Assembly (NCBI GenBank): GCA_000993615.1 | Contig: LBWM01000001.1 | Span: 23,970-87,969 of the forward strand | Length of the DNA stretch: 64,000 nt | Origin: Candidatus Peregrinibacteria bacterium GW2011_GWF2_39_17 | GTDB taxonomy: Bacteria > Patescibacteriota > Gracilibacteria > UBA1369 > UBA12473 | Direction: 5' to 3' | Shown: positions 11,701 through 20,188 of the stretch, one piece after another | Position numbering within the stretch: the stretch's first letter is position 1 | How the letters are laid out: every line of letters starts with the position of its first letter | Made by a program: the position numbers and the translations under genes | Notes under the pieces: generated by a model | What the model saw: the letters and a program-made list of their open reading frames with translations, nothing else | What the model was told of the DNA's origin: nothing | The model's database searches: none

Positions 11701-13063
11701 CGTCCCCTCCATCAGCTTCATAGAAAACAGTTCCGCCGTATTGTTTAGCTGTGGTGTGAAGTTGTTCATCCCAATTTAGAAGAGTGGTTGGATTTGGGTT
11801 TTCTGCTTCTTTGTTTAATTTAAGATAAACACAAGTTCCCCATTGTCCTTGTACGGTTTCGTTCAATAGGGCATAGGGATTTATACTGCAACTGGCCAAT
11901 AAAGACATATCATCTAGCAGCTTTTCGTATCTTTTTTGGGTTATTTTTGGATTAGTAGAGCTATTTCTAAATCGCATCGCTGATAGGGTGGGAGGGGTTG
12001 GAAGCGTAATTTCGGCTTTGTCTTTTAACTCAAGTGGTAAGGCTTGAGGCGAAGGACTTGTTTTGGAATTGAAATAAGCAGCAGCATGCTGGGCATGTTG
12101 TTTATGCCATTTTTGAGCTAAGTCAGCCTCTTTTGAGGCAGCTCCGCCTACTGTAAGTTTGCCATTATTGGTAATTGTAATTTCAATATTTGAAATTTGT
12201 GATATTCCAACATGTAAAGCGATTTCTGCTCTAGTGATAAAATCTCTTAATAAAGTACTTAAAAAATCCACAACTCGTCCTTGAAGATTATTCCGATTAG
12301 TAGGATCATCATTTTGTAATCGGCTAACAAAAATTAATTCGTCTCCCGCAGATTTAACTAACTGAATTTCAGGATAATATCTTAAGGCTTCAATCAATTT
12401 TGTTGATAAAATCCCCATGGTTTCCCTAAATTTTTCAGCTAAATTAGCATCTTGTTGTGCCGCAGTTGAGCCCACAACGTCAATCTTAAAGCAGATTCCA
12501 GGGAAACTTTCCGTTCCTACAAAACTTAGAGCTTCTGTGGAATTTCTAGCGATTTTTTCCAGTAAATAAGGGATACCTTGAATTCGATCAATAAAACGAG
12601 CCTCATAAAGCAATAATAATGGCCTAATTTTCCCTAAATAAACCGGATCACGAGTAAGCGTTGCCCAGAAATCACGATATTCCGGTAAACGGAGCGTGAT
12701 TAAGGCTTGATCTAAAGTTTGTCCAGATTCTAGCAAGGGCTTAATATGAGGTAAATTTTTAACCTCTATTTCCAATTGGCTAGGGCCTAGTCCAGGAATA
12801 ATTTCAGGGGCGCTAAGTAGCGACCGCCAGTCTGCGTAACTATGAGGAGTGGTAGGTTTTGAAAATTTAGTTTCTACTGTTCTTGCAACGGCCGTGGTAA
12901 CAGTATTGACCAGGTTTGGTTCTTGGCTAGGGTGGGTCATTTCGGCAATCCCTGGTGTACCGTCAACTACCCGGTGATCTTCTTTTCGCCCCAACGCTAA
13001 ATTTGGATCATTAGCATGAGGTACAGCTATATCTGTTAAGGGGGAAATTTCATCTGTAGACAT
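8702..13063 (-). CDS. tandem class III nucleotide cyclase + STAND/AAA-like NTPase + helical-repeat protein (soluble-adenylyl-cyclase-like architecture)
   Basis: Cyclase domain 1 has FKIDVVGST, KSAGDELIF and LHVGIS. Cyclase domain 2 has GDAMVLFGA, SGITYG and DTANRAAR. Then LYGR..DLERL, P-loop-like GAPGIGVT, Walker-B-like LILACEDIAHID and a helical C-terminus. Confidence 0.75.
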   Translation of the reverse strand: MSTDEISPLTDIAVPHANDPNLALGRKEDHRVVDGTPGIAEMTHPSQEPNLVNTVTTAVARTVETKFSKPTTPHSYADWRSLLSAPEIIPGLGPSQLEIEVKNLPHIKPLLESGQTLDQALITLRLPEYRDFWATLTRDPVYLGKIRPLLLLYEARFIDRIQGIPYLLEKIARNSTEALSFVGTESFPGICFKIDVVGSTAAQQDANLAEKFRETMGILSTKLIEALRYYPEIQLVKSAGDELIFVSRLQNDDPTNRNNLQGRVVDFLSTLLRDFITRAEIALHVGISQISNIEITITNNGKLTVGGAASKEADLAQKWHKQHAQHAAAYFNSKTSPSPQALPLELKDKAEITLPTPPTLSAMRFRNSSTNPKITQKRYEKLLDDMSLLASCSINPYALLNETVQGQWGTCVYLKLNKEAENPNPTTLLNWDEQLHTTAKQYGGTVFYEADGGDAMVLFGALGNDTLHQSQRAVSFAANIIKYLPQKVASGITYGPFAFRLMSGKGADLHADTANRAARYATAQISGQLRLDHDTALALKNSHYTLHDEQEIKGVTLPGLPPQTITTCTELQEQTTPDALYGRLQDLERLKSAIKGIENAKIPKGQIDIVGAPGIGVTAFVRGAMHLLGTHRNTLAVSVNGEYGPRLEALHRPYGALAKILKSIFPTQDDFIKWLYGASNSGKKQSLQVAGTDFEIWQNLYMALFSPGETTTRILDKPEVAKDLFKKILYRVAENHRLILACEDIAHIDSASYEILHELIQEPGPVRNLILLVLVSTQEKPPSQDSNRLTSFPLGGVNQKAAFQIVAHELGLDDTFQFTGETASYIETYLSTIRDEQGRYIPSVVREAAIRLKEANFINQQHQFNTDLTLAPPKKTMREIIEARMERLSPGALKTLRIVGIFESLPAAFSHSLTKKTNLEILQKNGAKPIPDELFNDQPPILIKTANSIRFNQRLFLEMVREKSPIVDKESEAILAAIPEAITKRDIPIETAMVVCKNLKTIPREIAEVLTDSIIKIPVNQAAYAEQVSKTFIDLCVPLIAPDSPPELLKAAGRIYIQNIRMSLELDLPYPLIQKRLQAAKNLQIHDTALLVELAELECEAAFKANNLSNLEGATNKFPTFTSDSGNPAQKKARALYQYYQAAADYRISFTGKNLQQRISNMENRSTKAIARLQGMLHLDLDDKRAIAKARRLEFLADSVRTMDLPMFREQVEVVQRMESHPGDPNYYSMDLDLAAHLTEIKRYQTQLELYLAQAENIEESHLTMSEILNLRLKLVHSLGLTGNYEKALTEADSGLNEANVHGNMKLLANFILKKIQISMLAGEHKQRHITSDFSNPETARGLREAFEHTLEATQNYSELLHLASILPVETIDNAHLEYIDNLIVQLRIARKNIKAMDPPKSITALLSETLALKEIIGNIAKRNNNLFNSKGIEIAVLDQEYQLTLAQFSGDF

Positions 13064-13290
13064 AAGAGTAGATCAACTAGAAAACTAAAATCTAAATAAA
13101 AAAGAGATTTCGACCTTTAATTATATCTTATTTTATTAAATTTTTCAATATAAACTAATTATGACAAGGCTAGGGTTGAATCTTGGCGAGTTTTATGCTA
13201 TAATTTTTAGATTTTTTAAGTATGGGTCATTAAAAAGCCACTTTGTGACTCAAGAAATCATTAAAATAATTAAAAATAAAAGCAAATCTT

Positions 13291-16200
13291 ATGACTCATT
13301 TCTCTAGTCTCAAGTTTCGGTCTTTACTCTTTCCTGGGTTTTTGGTTTTGCTACAAACTGGCTTATTGCTGATTCCGCCGCCTTTAACCAGCCAAGGATA
13401 TGATCCAGCTAATGAATCCTACGGCCTAATTTTCGGTATTTCCGAATATATTCCAGGCGCGATCCCTGATTCCGGGCGAATTGATTTTGAGCATGGAGAC
13501 TGGAGTCCTTTATCTGGGGATTATTATGACTTACCAGATTGGGATGACCCAAATGCTTACAGTATTATTGCCGAAAGTGACCAGTTGAAATTTACCCAAG
13601 AAGGAGCGATTTATGGAGATAGAGCTTATGCTTGGAATACTAATGCTGGCGGTTGGATTAATTTTAAGTGGGGTAGTGATGCTAATTTTGATCAATATGG
13701 CCCTCGGGTTGATTTGGGGCTTAAGGGAGAACTTGCTTCTACCGGAAATGCTTACTGGAGTGGATATGCTTGGAGCGAAACTATTGGTTGGATTTGGTTT
13801 GACTGGACATGTCAGGATTGTGACCAGACACAAAGGGTGCATACAATTTTGCCTCAAGGGTGGCCTGATGTTGATTCAACTCAAGTAGGAGATGTCGAAG
13901 GATATGCTTGGAACGATCAAATTGGCTGGATTAATTTTGGCAGCACAAAAACTGATGACACGAACGTGGTACAAGATCTTCCCAGCTTAAAACAAACCAC
14001 GTCGGTCACTGCGACCATGTCCGTTTATCCTAATCCTTATGACCTAAGTAAATATGGGTTGGACGGTAAAGAAGCCGCGCCCTTAGCCGATGGTAAGGAT
14101 GGCTATAAATTGGTTCTTAAGTTATGGAATCTCGATTCCACGCCAAAAGTTTTTTTGAACGGCGATTATACGGTAAGTATTAAGCCTATTGAGGACGATA
14201 ATTCACATTTGTATCTTGATCAAATTGCCAAAATTGGTAATGCCGTAATTTTTGATGGGGTAAGTTATGATCCTGGTTTGCAAGGGTTTGTTTTGCCGAT
14301 TCATTCCTTTGCCCCAACTTCCAAAATGAACGGGTATGAACAAAATGCCGATGGTGTTTTAGAAAGCTACTTTGATGATTCCATGGAAAATCAATATTTA
14401 CTAAAGGCTATTGAAATTAGTGTCGAGGATGGGCCATCGGAGGTGAAAATTATTAATGCTGCTGATGATCCTTTATGGAATTTGGGAGAAGGAGGCTTAT
14501 TGAATTTTGAATTTGCACCGGCCATTGAAGTAACTAATTTAGGTTATCAGCAGGATGAGGAAACTTTAACCACTGATATTCCTTTTTTACCTTATGAAAA
14601 ATTGAGTTTTCAAGGATTGGTGGCAAATTGGTCAAGTGCTTTGGCCGGAAAATTATTTGAAGTAAAATCATCTCTTTCTGTAGATAGCTCGGAGGGGGAT
14701 TATTCTTTTCTTTTTGATTCTAACCAAGACAATAATTACCAAGTTGGAGTTGACTTAAGTGAAGTAAATTCGGCTTATTCTTTTAGTGGTTCAGGAGAGG
14801 TTGATTATTTAAAAGCCATCAATGATCAATTAGAAGATTATGTTCCGGTAGGAGGTGAAAATTCTTTCAGCCCGATTGTTGGTGGCAGTTTAGGTGAAAT
14901 AGCTGGTGTGGGCATGATTGTTGCCGGGGCAGGATGCGCCCAGGATGAGTGTTCCGGTTTGGATGTTACGGAAAATTACAATTTGTTTTTTAAGCCGGAT
15001 TTAATTGTGAAAGATGTATTTGTGAAAAATAGCGCTGATATTCAAATAAAATTAGAGAATCAAGGATTTGCAGATGTTCCCGCAGGTACTAATGTAGTTA
15101 TCCAAATTCTTAAAAATGGAGCTACTGCTTATACTTTAAATTCCGACAATCTTTCGGAAGCAGAAAAAGGATTTTTAAAAGCTGGTGGCAGCTCTACGTT
15201 AAAAGATATGACTATTTCTGGAGAATCTCAGGGGATTGAAGTAATCGTTGATTCTACTAACAAAGTTACTGAATCAGTTGAAACTAATAATTCGGCAAAA
15301 TCACGAGTAGGAGATTACCCGGATTTAGAAATTAAAAACATTCTTATAAAATCCAATGGTGATTTTACTTTTGATATTGTCAATACTGGTAAAGGCGCAG
15401 TTTCCGAGGATGATCGCGTGAATTCCTTGGGGATGTTTAATATCTATCTAGATGACATGGTGAACCCTGAATATACCTATTCATGGTTTACCATAGAAGA
15501 TAAAGATTTTTTTGAACCTGGTGGTGTTTCTGTAAGTAATCCTGCAATTATTCCTCCGGATACTTTAGTTAGAGTCTGTATTGATCCGTACGACATTGTT
15601 GAAGAATACAATGAAGGAGATAAAAACTGCGCGGAAAAAGTTATTAATAATACGCCAGATTTTACAGTTGATAATTTGTATGTGGATGAGGCTACTTTAG
15701 CGTTAATTGTGCTAGTTTCTAACTTGGGACCAGGTAGTTTTTCGGAAACTGATGCCGCTAAAGGTAATTTGGCAATTTATGTAGATGATATGGAAAATCC
15801 GGTTTGGGATATCCCCTGGACGGATTTTGAAAATAAGAGTTTTCTGAAAGCTGGCTATACTTCACCCTATATCCCTGGCTTAGTTACAGGTCAGCATGTT
15901 GTGCGGGCTTGTCTGGATTCGGTTAACGCGATTCCTGAAATTAGTGAAGTAAATAATTGTAAAGATATTTCAGTAGATAATAAGGAAGTTGTCACCGCTT
16001 ATCACACCCAAATCAGTTATTCCACTTTAGCCGGCACAGTTCGATATCAATCCATGTATTTACCGCAAAATTCGCTAAAAGGCGGTTTGCATCTTTACAA
16101 TGTACCCGCTGAAGATCCTTATAAGCTTCCGGCAGTTATCGAAGGGTCCATTACCAGCCAAAACGCTCCTAATACTATTAGTCAAAATAGCGACGTTGTG

Positions 16201-17076
16201 GCCATTGGTGATGTTTCTACTTCCGAGGTGCGTAATTCGCTTTATAAGCGTTTTTCCGAGTTAACTAAGGGGGTTATTCCCTGGGCAGGTAATGTCCAAT
16301 CCAATACCGTAACAGGTGATCTCAAGCCTTCCGGTAATGCGGAATTATTAATGAAGGATAGCTTGGTTTATTTTATTGGTGATACGCGTATTTCTGATAT
16401 TACGGGGGCATACGATCCTAAAACTGTGGTGGTGGTTGGAGGTGATGTTTACCTTGATAGTAATATTGATGGTGATTATCCGATGGGCTTGTTAGTGTTT
16501 AAGGATAGCTCCTCCGGCAAAGGTGGCAATGTTTATCTTGGACCAAAAGTGACTGATCTATATCTCAACATGTACGCCGATGGCAGTTTATTGCGTTATG
16601 ACGGTGATAAAAGCCATTTATCTAACGGAGTAATGACGTGGAATTTAGAACAGCGAAGATCTAGCTTGGTTGGGCAATTATACATTCAAGGGTCCGTAAT
16701 TTCGCAAAATACAATTGGCGGTACTGATGTTGGGATTTTGCCAAATGGGAAAAGTGCCTCTTCAGGTGTGGCTCGAGAATACGACTTGAATGATTTAAGC
16801 GAATTTGTAAATTGCTGGGTTGAAGTTGACGCCGATACGAATACTCCTATTGATCAAAATAATAACAATCGGTTCTCTGAATCAGATGGTAAGCCTGACT
16901 TGGGAGACATGGTTCGTTGTCCCAAAGATTATAAATTGTCCACTCATTTAGCTGCGGAAGAAGGTATTAGTTTGAACTATTCGCACAATGAGCCCGTGCA
17001 TCTAAAATACATTCCTCCACCAACGGTATTACCAGTTTTAGGGCAAGGGGAAGGAGCGGGATTTTCTTCATATTGA
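13291..17076 (+). CDS. large secreted/surface protein with GxAWxxxxGWI repeats and three CARDB-like domains
   Basis: Signal-peptide-like N-terminus. Repeats AYAWNTNAGGWINF, GYAWSETIGWIWF and GYAWNDQIGWINF. Three PD(L/F).V...N.G...VD..N.(V/I).E..E.NN units. Confidence 0.8.
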   Translation: MTHFSSLKFRSLLFPGFLVLLQTGLLLIPPPLTSQGYDPANESYGLIFGISEYIPGAIPDSGRIDFEHGDWSPLSGDYYDLPDWDDPNAYSIIAESDQLKFTQEGAIYGDRAYAWNTNAGGWINFKWGSDANFDQYGPRVDLGLKGELASTGNAYWSGYAWSETIGWIWFDWTCQDCDQTQRVHTILPQGWPDVDSTQVGDVEGYAWNDQIGWINFGSTKTDDTNVVQDLPSLKQTTSVTATMSVYPNPYDLSKYGLDGKEAAPLADGKDGYKLVLKLWNLDSTPKVFLNGDYTVSIKPIEDDNSHLYLDQIAKIGNAVIFDGVSYDPGLQGFVLPIHSFAPTSKMNGYEQNADGVLESYFDDSMENQYLLKAIEISVEDGPSEVKIINAADDPLWNLGEGGLLNFEFAPAIEVTNLGYQQDEETLTTDIPFLPYEKLSFQGLVANWSSALAGKLFEVKSSLSVDSSEGDYSFLFDSNQDNNYQVGVDLSEVNSAYSFSGSGEVDYLKAINDQLEDYVPVGGENSFSPIVGGSLGEIAGVGMIVAGAGCAQDECSGLDVTENYNLFFKPDLIVKDVFVKNSADIQIKLENQGFADVPAGTNVVIQILKNGATAYTLNSDNLSEAEKGFLKAGGSSTLKDMTISGESQGIEVIVDSTNKVTESVETNNSAKSRVGDYPDLEIKNILIKSNGDFTFDIVNTGKGAVSEDDRVNSLGMFNIYLDDMVNPEYTYSWFTIEDKDFFEPGGVSVSNPAIIPPDTLVRVCIDPYDIVEEYNEGDKNCAEKVINNTPDFTVDNLYVDEATLALIVLVSNLGPGSFSETDAAKGNLAIYVDDMENPVWDIPWTDFENKSFLKAGYTSPYIPGLVTGQHVVRACLDSVNAIPEISEVNNCKDISVDNKEVVTAYHTQISYSTLAGTVRYQSMYLPQNSLKGGLHLYNVPAEDPYKLPAVIEGSITSQNAPNTISQNSDVVAIGDVSTSEVRNSLYKRFSELTKGVIPWAGNVQSNTVTGDLKPSGNAELLMKDSLVYFIGDTRISDITGAYDPKTVVVVGGDVYLDSNIDGDYPMGLLVFKDSSSGKGGNVYLGPKVTDLYLNMYADGSLLRYDGDKSHLSNGVMTWNLEQRRSSLVGQLYIQGSVISQNTIGGTDVGILPNGKSASSGVAREYDLNDLSEFVNCWVEVDADTNTPIDQNNNNRFSESDGKPDLGDMVRCPKDYKLSTHLAAEEGISLNYSHNEPVHLKYIPPPTVLPVLGQGEGAGFSSY

Positions 17077-17193
17077 AAGCTCACCTTTTTAGTTCGTTCG
17101 AATAAATAGCAATTAGCACAAAGCCACCTATCCAAACTGGCTTTTGTTGCTTTTCGTCTCCTAAAAGGATAGGATAAACATCGCATTTCTTTT

Positions 17194-17280
17194 GCCGCGG
17201 TGGCGGAACTGGCAGACGCGCACGACTCAAAATCGTGTTCCTGTGAGGGAGTGAGGGTTCGATTCCCTCCCGCGGCACCA
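17194..17280 (+). tRNA. tRNA-Leu(CAA)
   Basis: GCCGCGG/CCGCGGC acceptor stem, anticodon arm CACGA-CTCAAAA-TCGTG, long variable arm, GGTTCGATTCC and encoded CCA. Confidence 0.95.
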
Positions 17281-17296
17281 TTCGGATATATATTGT

Positions 17297-17373
17297 CGGG
17301 GTGTGGCGCAGTTGGCTAGCGCGTACGCATGGGGTGCGTAAGGCCGGAGGTTCAAGTCCTCTCACCCCGACCA
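17297..17373 (+). tRNA. tRNA-Pro(GGG)
   Basis: CGGGGTG acceptor, anticodon arm TACGC-ATGGGGT-GCGTA, GGTTCAAGTCC and CCA. Confidence 0.95.
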
Positions 17374-17386
17374 ATTAAATTTTCCT

Positions 17387-17974
17387 ATGGCCGATGCCTT
17401 ATATCAGTTTATCCTTAATTTGAAATACCCCGCTATTTTTTTGGGAGCTTTTATTGAAGGGCCAACCGTTGCTTTAATTGTCGGAGTTTTAGTAAAATTA
17501 AAGGTAATTAACTTAGGAATTGGATTTCTACTCCATGTAATTGGCGATTTTAGCGCTGATTTTATGTATTACGGCATCGGACTGGTGGGTGGTAGAAAAT
17601 TTTTACATAAAATTGCTTCATTCTTTCGATTTTCCCTGGAAGAAATGGAGCAAATTAAATTTAAGGTAACCAAACATTCTTGGAAATTAATTTTAATTGG
17701 GAAAATTACCCATTTTTTAGGTTTACCGGTTTTAATCGGCGTTGGATTAGCGCATTACTCTTGGTATAAATTTGGAGTTATTAATCTACTCGCTACTCTG
17801 ATTAAATCAGCGATTTTAATTATAATTGGCTATTTCTGGGGACATCTTTGGCGCAATGTTGACAGTACGCTGTCTTATTTGACCATGATTGCTCTTTTTA
17901 TTATCCTAATTCAGATTTTATATTTTATGGCTCGGAGATTAATTAAATCAGGTAATATTTTAAATATCAGCTAG
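17387..17974 (+). CDS. DedA/VTT family membrane protein
   Basis: AIFLGAFIEGP, GDFSADFMYYGIG and multiple TM segments. Confidence 0.85.
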   Translation: MADALYQFILNLKYPAIFLGAFIEGPTVALIVGVLVKLKVINLGIGFLLHVIGDFSADFMYYGIGLVGGRKFLHKIASFFRFSLEEMEQIKFKVTKHSWKLILIGKITHFLGLPVLIGVGLAHYSWYKFGVINLLATLIKSAILIIIGYFWGHLWRNVDSTLSYLTMIALFIILIQILYFMARRLIKSGNILNIS

Positions 17975-17984
17975 CCCCCGTAAT

Positions 17985-19205
17985 TTGAATAATGATTTCC
18001 TTAAAATTTTGATTGTCAGTGAAACCTACCCCCCTGACTTAAACGGAGCTGCTATTTTTACGCAAAGATTGGCTGAAGGACTAGCTAGGCGTGGGCACCA
18101 AGTACGCGTTTTAGGGCCAAGTAACGATTTTACCGATAAACAAAAAATTGAAAATTATGGGGTGGGAATTTATCGATTTAAATCAATCGGGATTAAGCCG
18201 ATTCATCCCTATTTTAGAGTTATTTACAGGCCAGGAATTAATCGTAAAATTAAGAATTATATTGAGGATTTTAAACCAGATATTATTCATATTCAAAATC
18301 ACTTTATTTTAGGTCGGGCTGCTTTAAATGCAGCCCAGGAGCTCGATATTCCCATAATCGGCACCAACCACTTTATGCCCGAAAATTTAATTCAATACTT
18401 ACCCGGATTGTTAATTGGTCGAATTTCTCAATTAATGTGGGAGGATTTTTTAAGAGTTTACAACAAATTGGCCTATGTTACGGCTCCTTCAAATGCAGCC
18501 ATAAAAATTGTTAAAAATTTAGGGTTAACTGTCCCTATACAGGTTATTTCCAATGGGATTGATTTGGCTAAATTTAAAAAACGCGTGGTTCCGTCTTCTT
18601 TTTCGCATCAATATAAGATCGATTTTAGGTTACCTTTGTTTTTGTTTGTCGGGCGCCTGGAAAAAGATAAAAATATTGAACTATTGCTTATGGCCATTAA
18701 GCAGGTACTGAAAACTCAAAAAGTAAGAATGATTTTGGTGGGGTGTGGGAAAAACGAACTTGAGTTTAAGGCTTTATCTAAAGAACTAGGACTGGAAGAG
18801 TACGTTACTTTTGCAGGGCGAGTTTCTGATGAAGATTTGTTGAATTTTTACAGTATAGCCAATGTTTATATGGCGACTGGTGTGGCCGAACTGCAGGGAT
18901 TAGCGGTGATGGAGGCCATGGCTTCTGAATTGCCGATTTTGGCAATTAATGCCGTGGCCTTGCCTGAATTAGTTCGCAATGAGGTTAATGGATTTTTGTT
19001 TGAGCCAAATGAGCACGATTTTGCCCAAAAAATGATTCGGATGCTTTCGTTAAAACCTGGTGCTTTAAAACAAATGGGTGAAAATAGCCTTAAAATTATT
19101 AAAAAACATGATGCGGGGAAAACCTATGTGGCTTTTGAGAAATTGTATAGATTGATTCAGGAATCAGCTCTTAATCTTAATTCATTACGTTTTCCCTCTA
19201 AATGA
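17985..19205 (+). CDS. glycosyltransferase family 4 (glycolipid synthase-like)
   Basis: SETYPPDLNGAA, VGRLEKDKNI, ELQGLAVMEAMASELP. Confidence 0.9.
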   Translation: MNNDFLKILIVSETYPPDLNGAAIFTQRLAEGLARRGHQVRVLGPSNDFTDKQKIENYGVGIYRFKSIGIKPIHPYFRVIYRPGINRKIKNYIEDFKPDIIHIQNHFILGRAALNAAQELDIPIIGTNHFMPENLIQYLPGLLIGRISQLMWEDFLRVYNKLAYVTAPSNAAIKIVKNLGLTVPIQVISNGIDLAKFKKRVVPSSFSHQYKIDFRLPLFLFVGRLEKDKNIELLLMAIKQVLKTQKVRMILVGCGKNELEFKALSKELGLEEYVTFAGRVSDEDLLNFYSIANVYMATGVAELQGLAVMEAMASELPILAINAVALPELVRNEVNGFLFEPNEHDFAQKMIRMLSLKPGALKQMGENSLKIIKKHDAGKTYVAFEKLYRLIQESALNLNSLRFPSK

Positions 19206-19248
19206 GTTTTTTAAGCTCCCTTCCTGCGGCGATTGCTAACGTAACACA

Positions 19249-19794
19249 GCCAGCGTGAGCTGGCGGATGAAGTAGTTCCGGCATCTTCTTTGTCATGGTA
19301 GATTTTAGATATGGTTGAATATCGAAAGCAGACGAATTGTGTGTATCACTGTAATTATCATTTGGTGTTGGTGACAAAATATCGACGAGAGATATTGAAT
19401 GAGGGGATTTTTAGGTATATGGGAGAGTGCTTGAAAGCGATGAATCAATACCATCCGGAAGTCGATATTTTGGAAATGAATCACGATAAGGATCATGTGC
19501 ATTTGCTTGTGTCGATACCACCGAAGATGAGTGTGGGTAGTGTTGTGAGGATTTTAAAAAGCAATACGGCACGTGATTTAAAGAAGAAGTTTAAATTTTT
19601 GAAAGATGTGTACTGGGGTACAGATAGTGTTTGGAGCGGAGGTTATTTTGTTTCAACTGTTGGAGTGAATGAGGAAGTTATTCGGCGGTACATTGAGATG
19701 CAGGGCAAAGAAGATGCCGGACAAGCGAAGCTTGATTTGTAGCATAGCTACGGCGAAGCCATTGAAACCGCCTGCGTAAGCTGGCGGTTTTTCA
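19249..19794 (+). mobile_element. IS200-type insertion sequence (tnpA only; ends approximate)
   Basis: Y1 transposase flanked by subterminal hairpins GCCAGC-GTGA-GCTGGC (19249-19264) and AAACCGCCTGC-GTAA-GCTGGCGGTTT (19765-19790). No tnpB. Confidence 0.85.
19311..19742 (+). CDS. tnpA: IS200/IS605 family Y1 (HUH) transposase
   Basis: YHLVLVTKYRR, HUH motif DHVHLLV, WSGGYFVSTVG, catalytic RRYIEMQ. Confidence 0.97.
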   Translation: MVEYRKQTNCVYHCNYHLVLVTKYRREILNEGIFRYMGECLKAMNQYHPEVDILEMNHDKDHVHLLVSIPPKMSVGSVVRILKSNTARDLKKKFKFLKDVYWGTDSVWSGGYFVSTVGVNEEVIRRYIEMQGKEDAGQAKLDL

Positions 19795-19974
19795 TGTCGT
19801 TTTTAGAAATGTTACTACTTGGCATAAAAAAATTAACACCATATTTGTGGGATTATTGTTTATTTTAGCTATTGGGTTTAGTCGGTTGTATTTAGGAGTT
19901 CATTTTTGGAGTGATGTAGACAAAAAGCAATGCCTTATGCTAAATTTCTTTCCTATTTTGTAATCATATTTCAA

Positions 19975-20175
19975 ATGCCAGCACAAACAGAAGGATTAAC
20001 TAAGGGCGCAGAGGGGGGGCAGACAAGAATTCCAGAAAATTTAAGGGAAGTCGGTTTAAAGTATGCCATTAGAGATTGGGAAGATGGCAATTTATCCCCG
20101 GAAGATAAGGACGCATTCACCAGGAGATTATTGGACGCGATTTCTGTGAATAGCGGCCGGAGAGAAGAGAAATAG
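19975..20175 (+). CDS. small hypothetical protein
   Basis: ATG at 19975 (MPAQTEG...), purine-rich coding-like strand, promoter-like TAGACA..TAAATT upstream. Confidence 0.5.
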   Translation: MPAQTEGLTKGAEGGQTRIPENLREVGLKYAIRDWEDGNLSPEDKDAFTRRLLDAISVNSGRREEK

Positions 20176-20188
20176 CTGAAAATTTCCC

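Noticed and set aside
17081..17374. 97-aa minus-strand ORF
   Set aside because: It is the antisense shadow of tRNA-Leu and tRNA-Pro.
19836..19851. NrdR-box-like ACACCATATTTGTGG
   Set aside because: It is one base shorter than the 16-bp consensus, single rather than tandem, and not upstream of an nrd gene.
19742..20175. tnpB or omega-RNA associated with the IS200 transposase
   Set aside because: The right-end hairpin follows tnpA directly, and the downstream small ORF has no RuvC or zinc-finger motifs.
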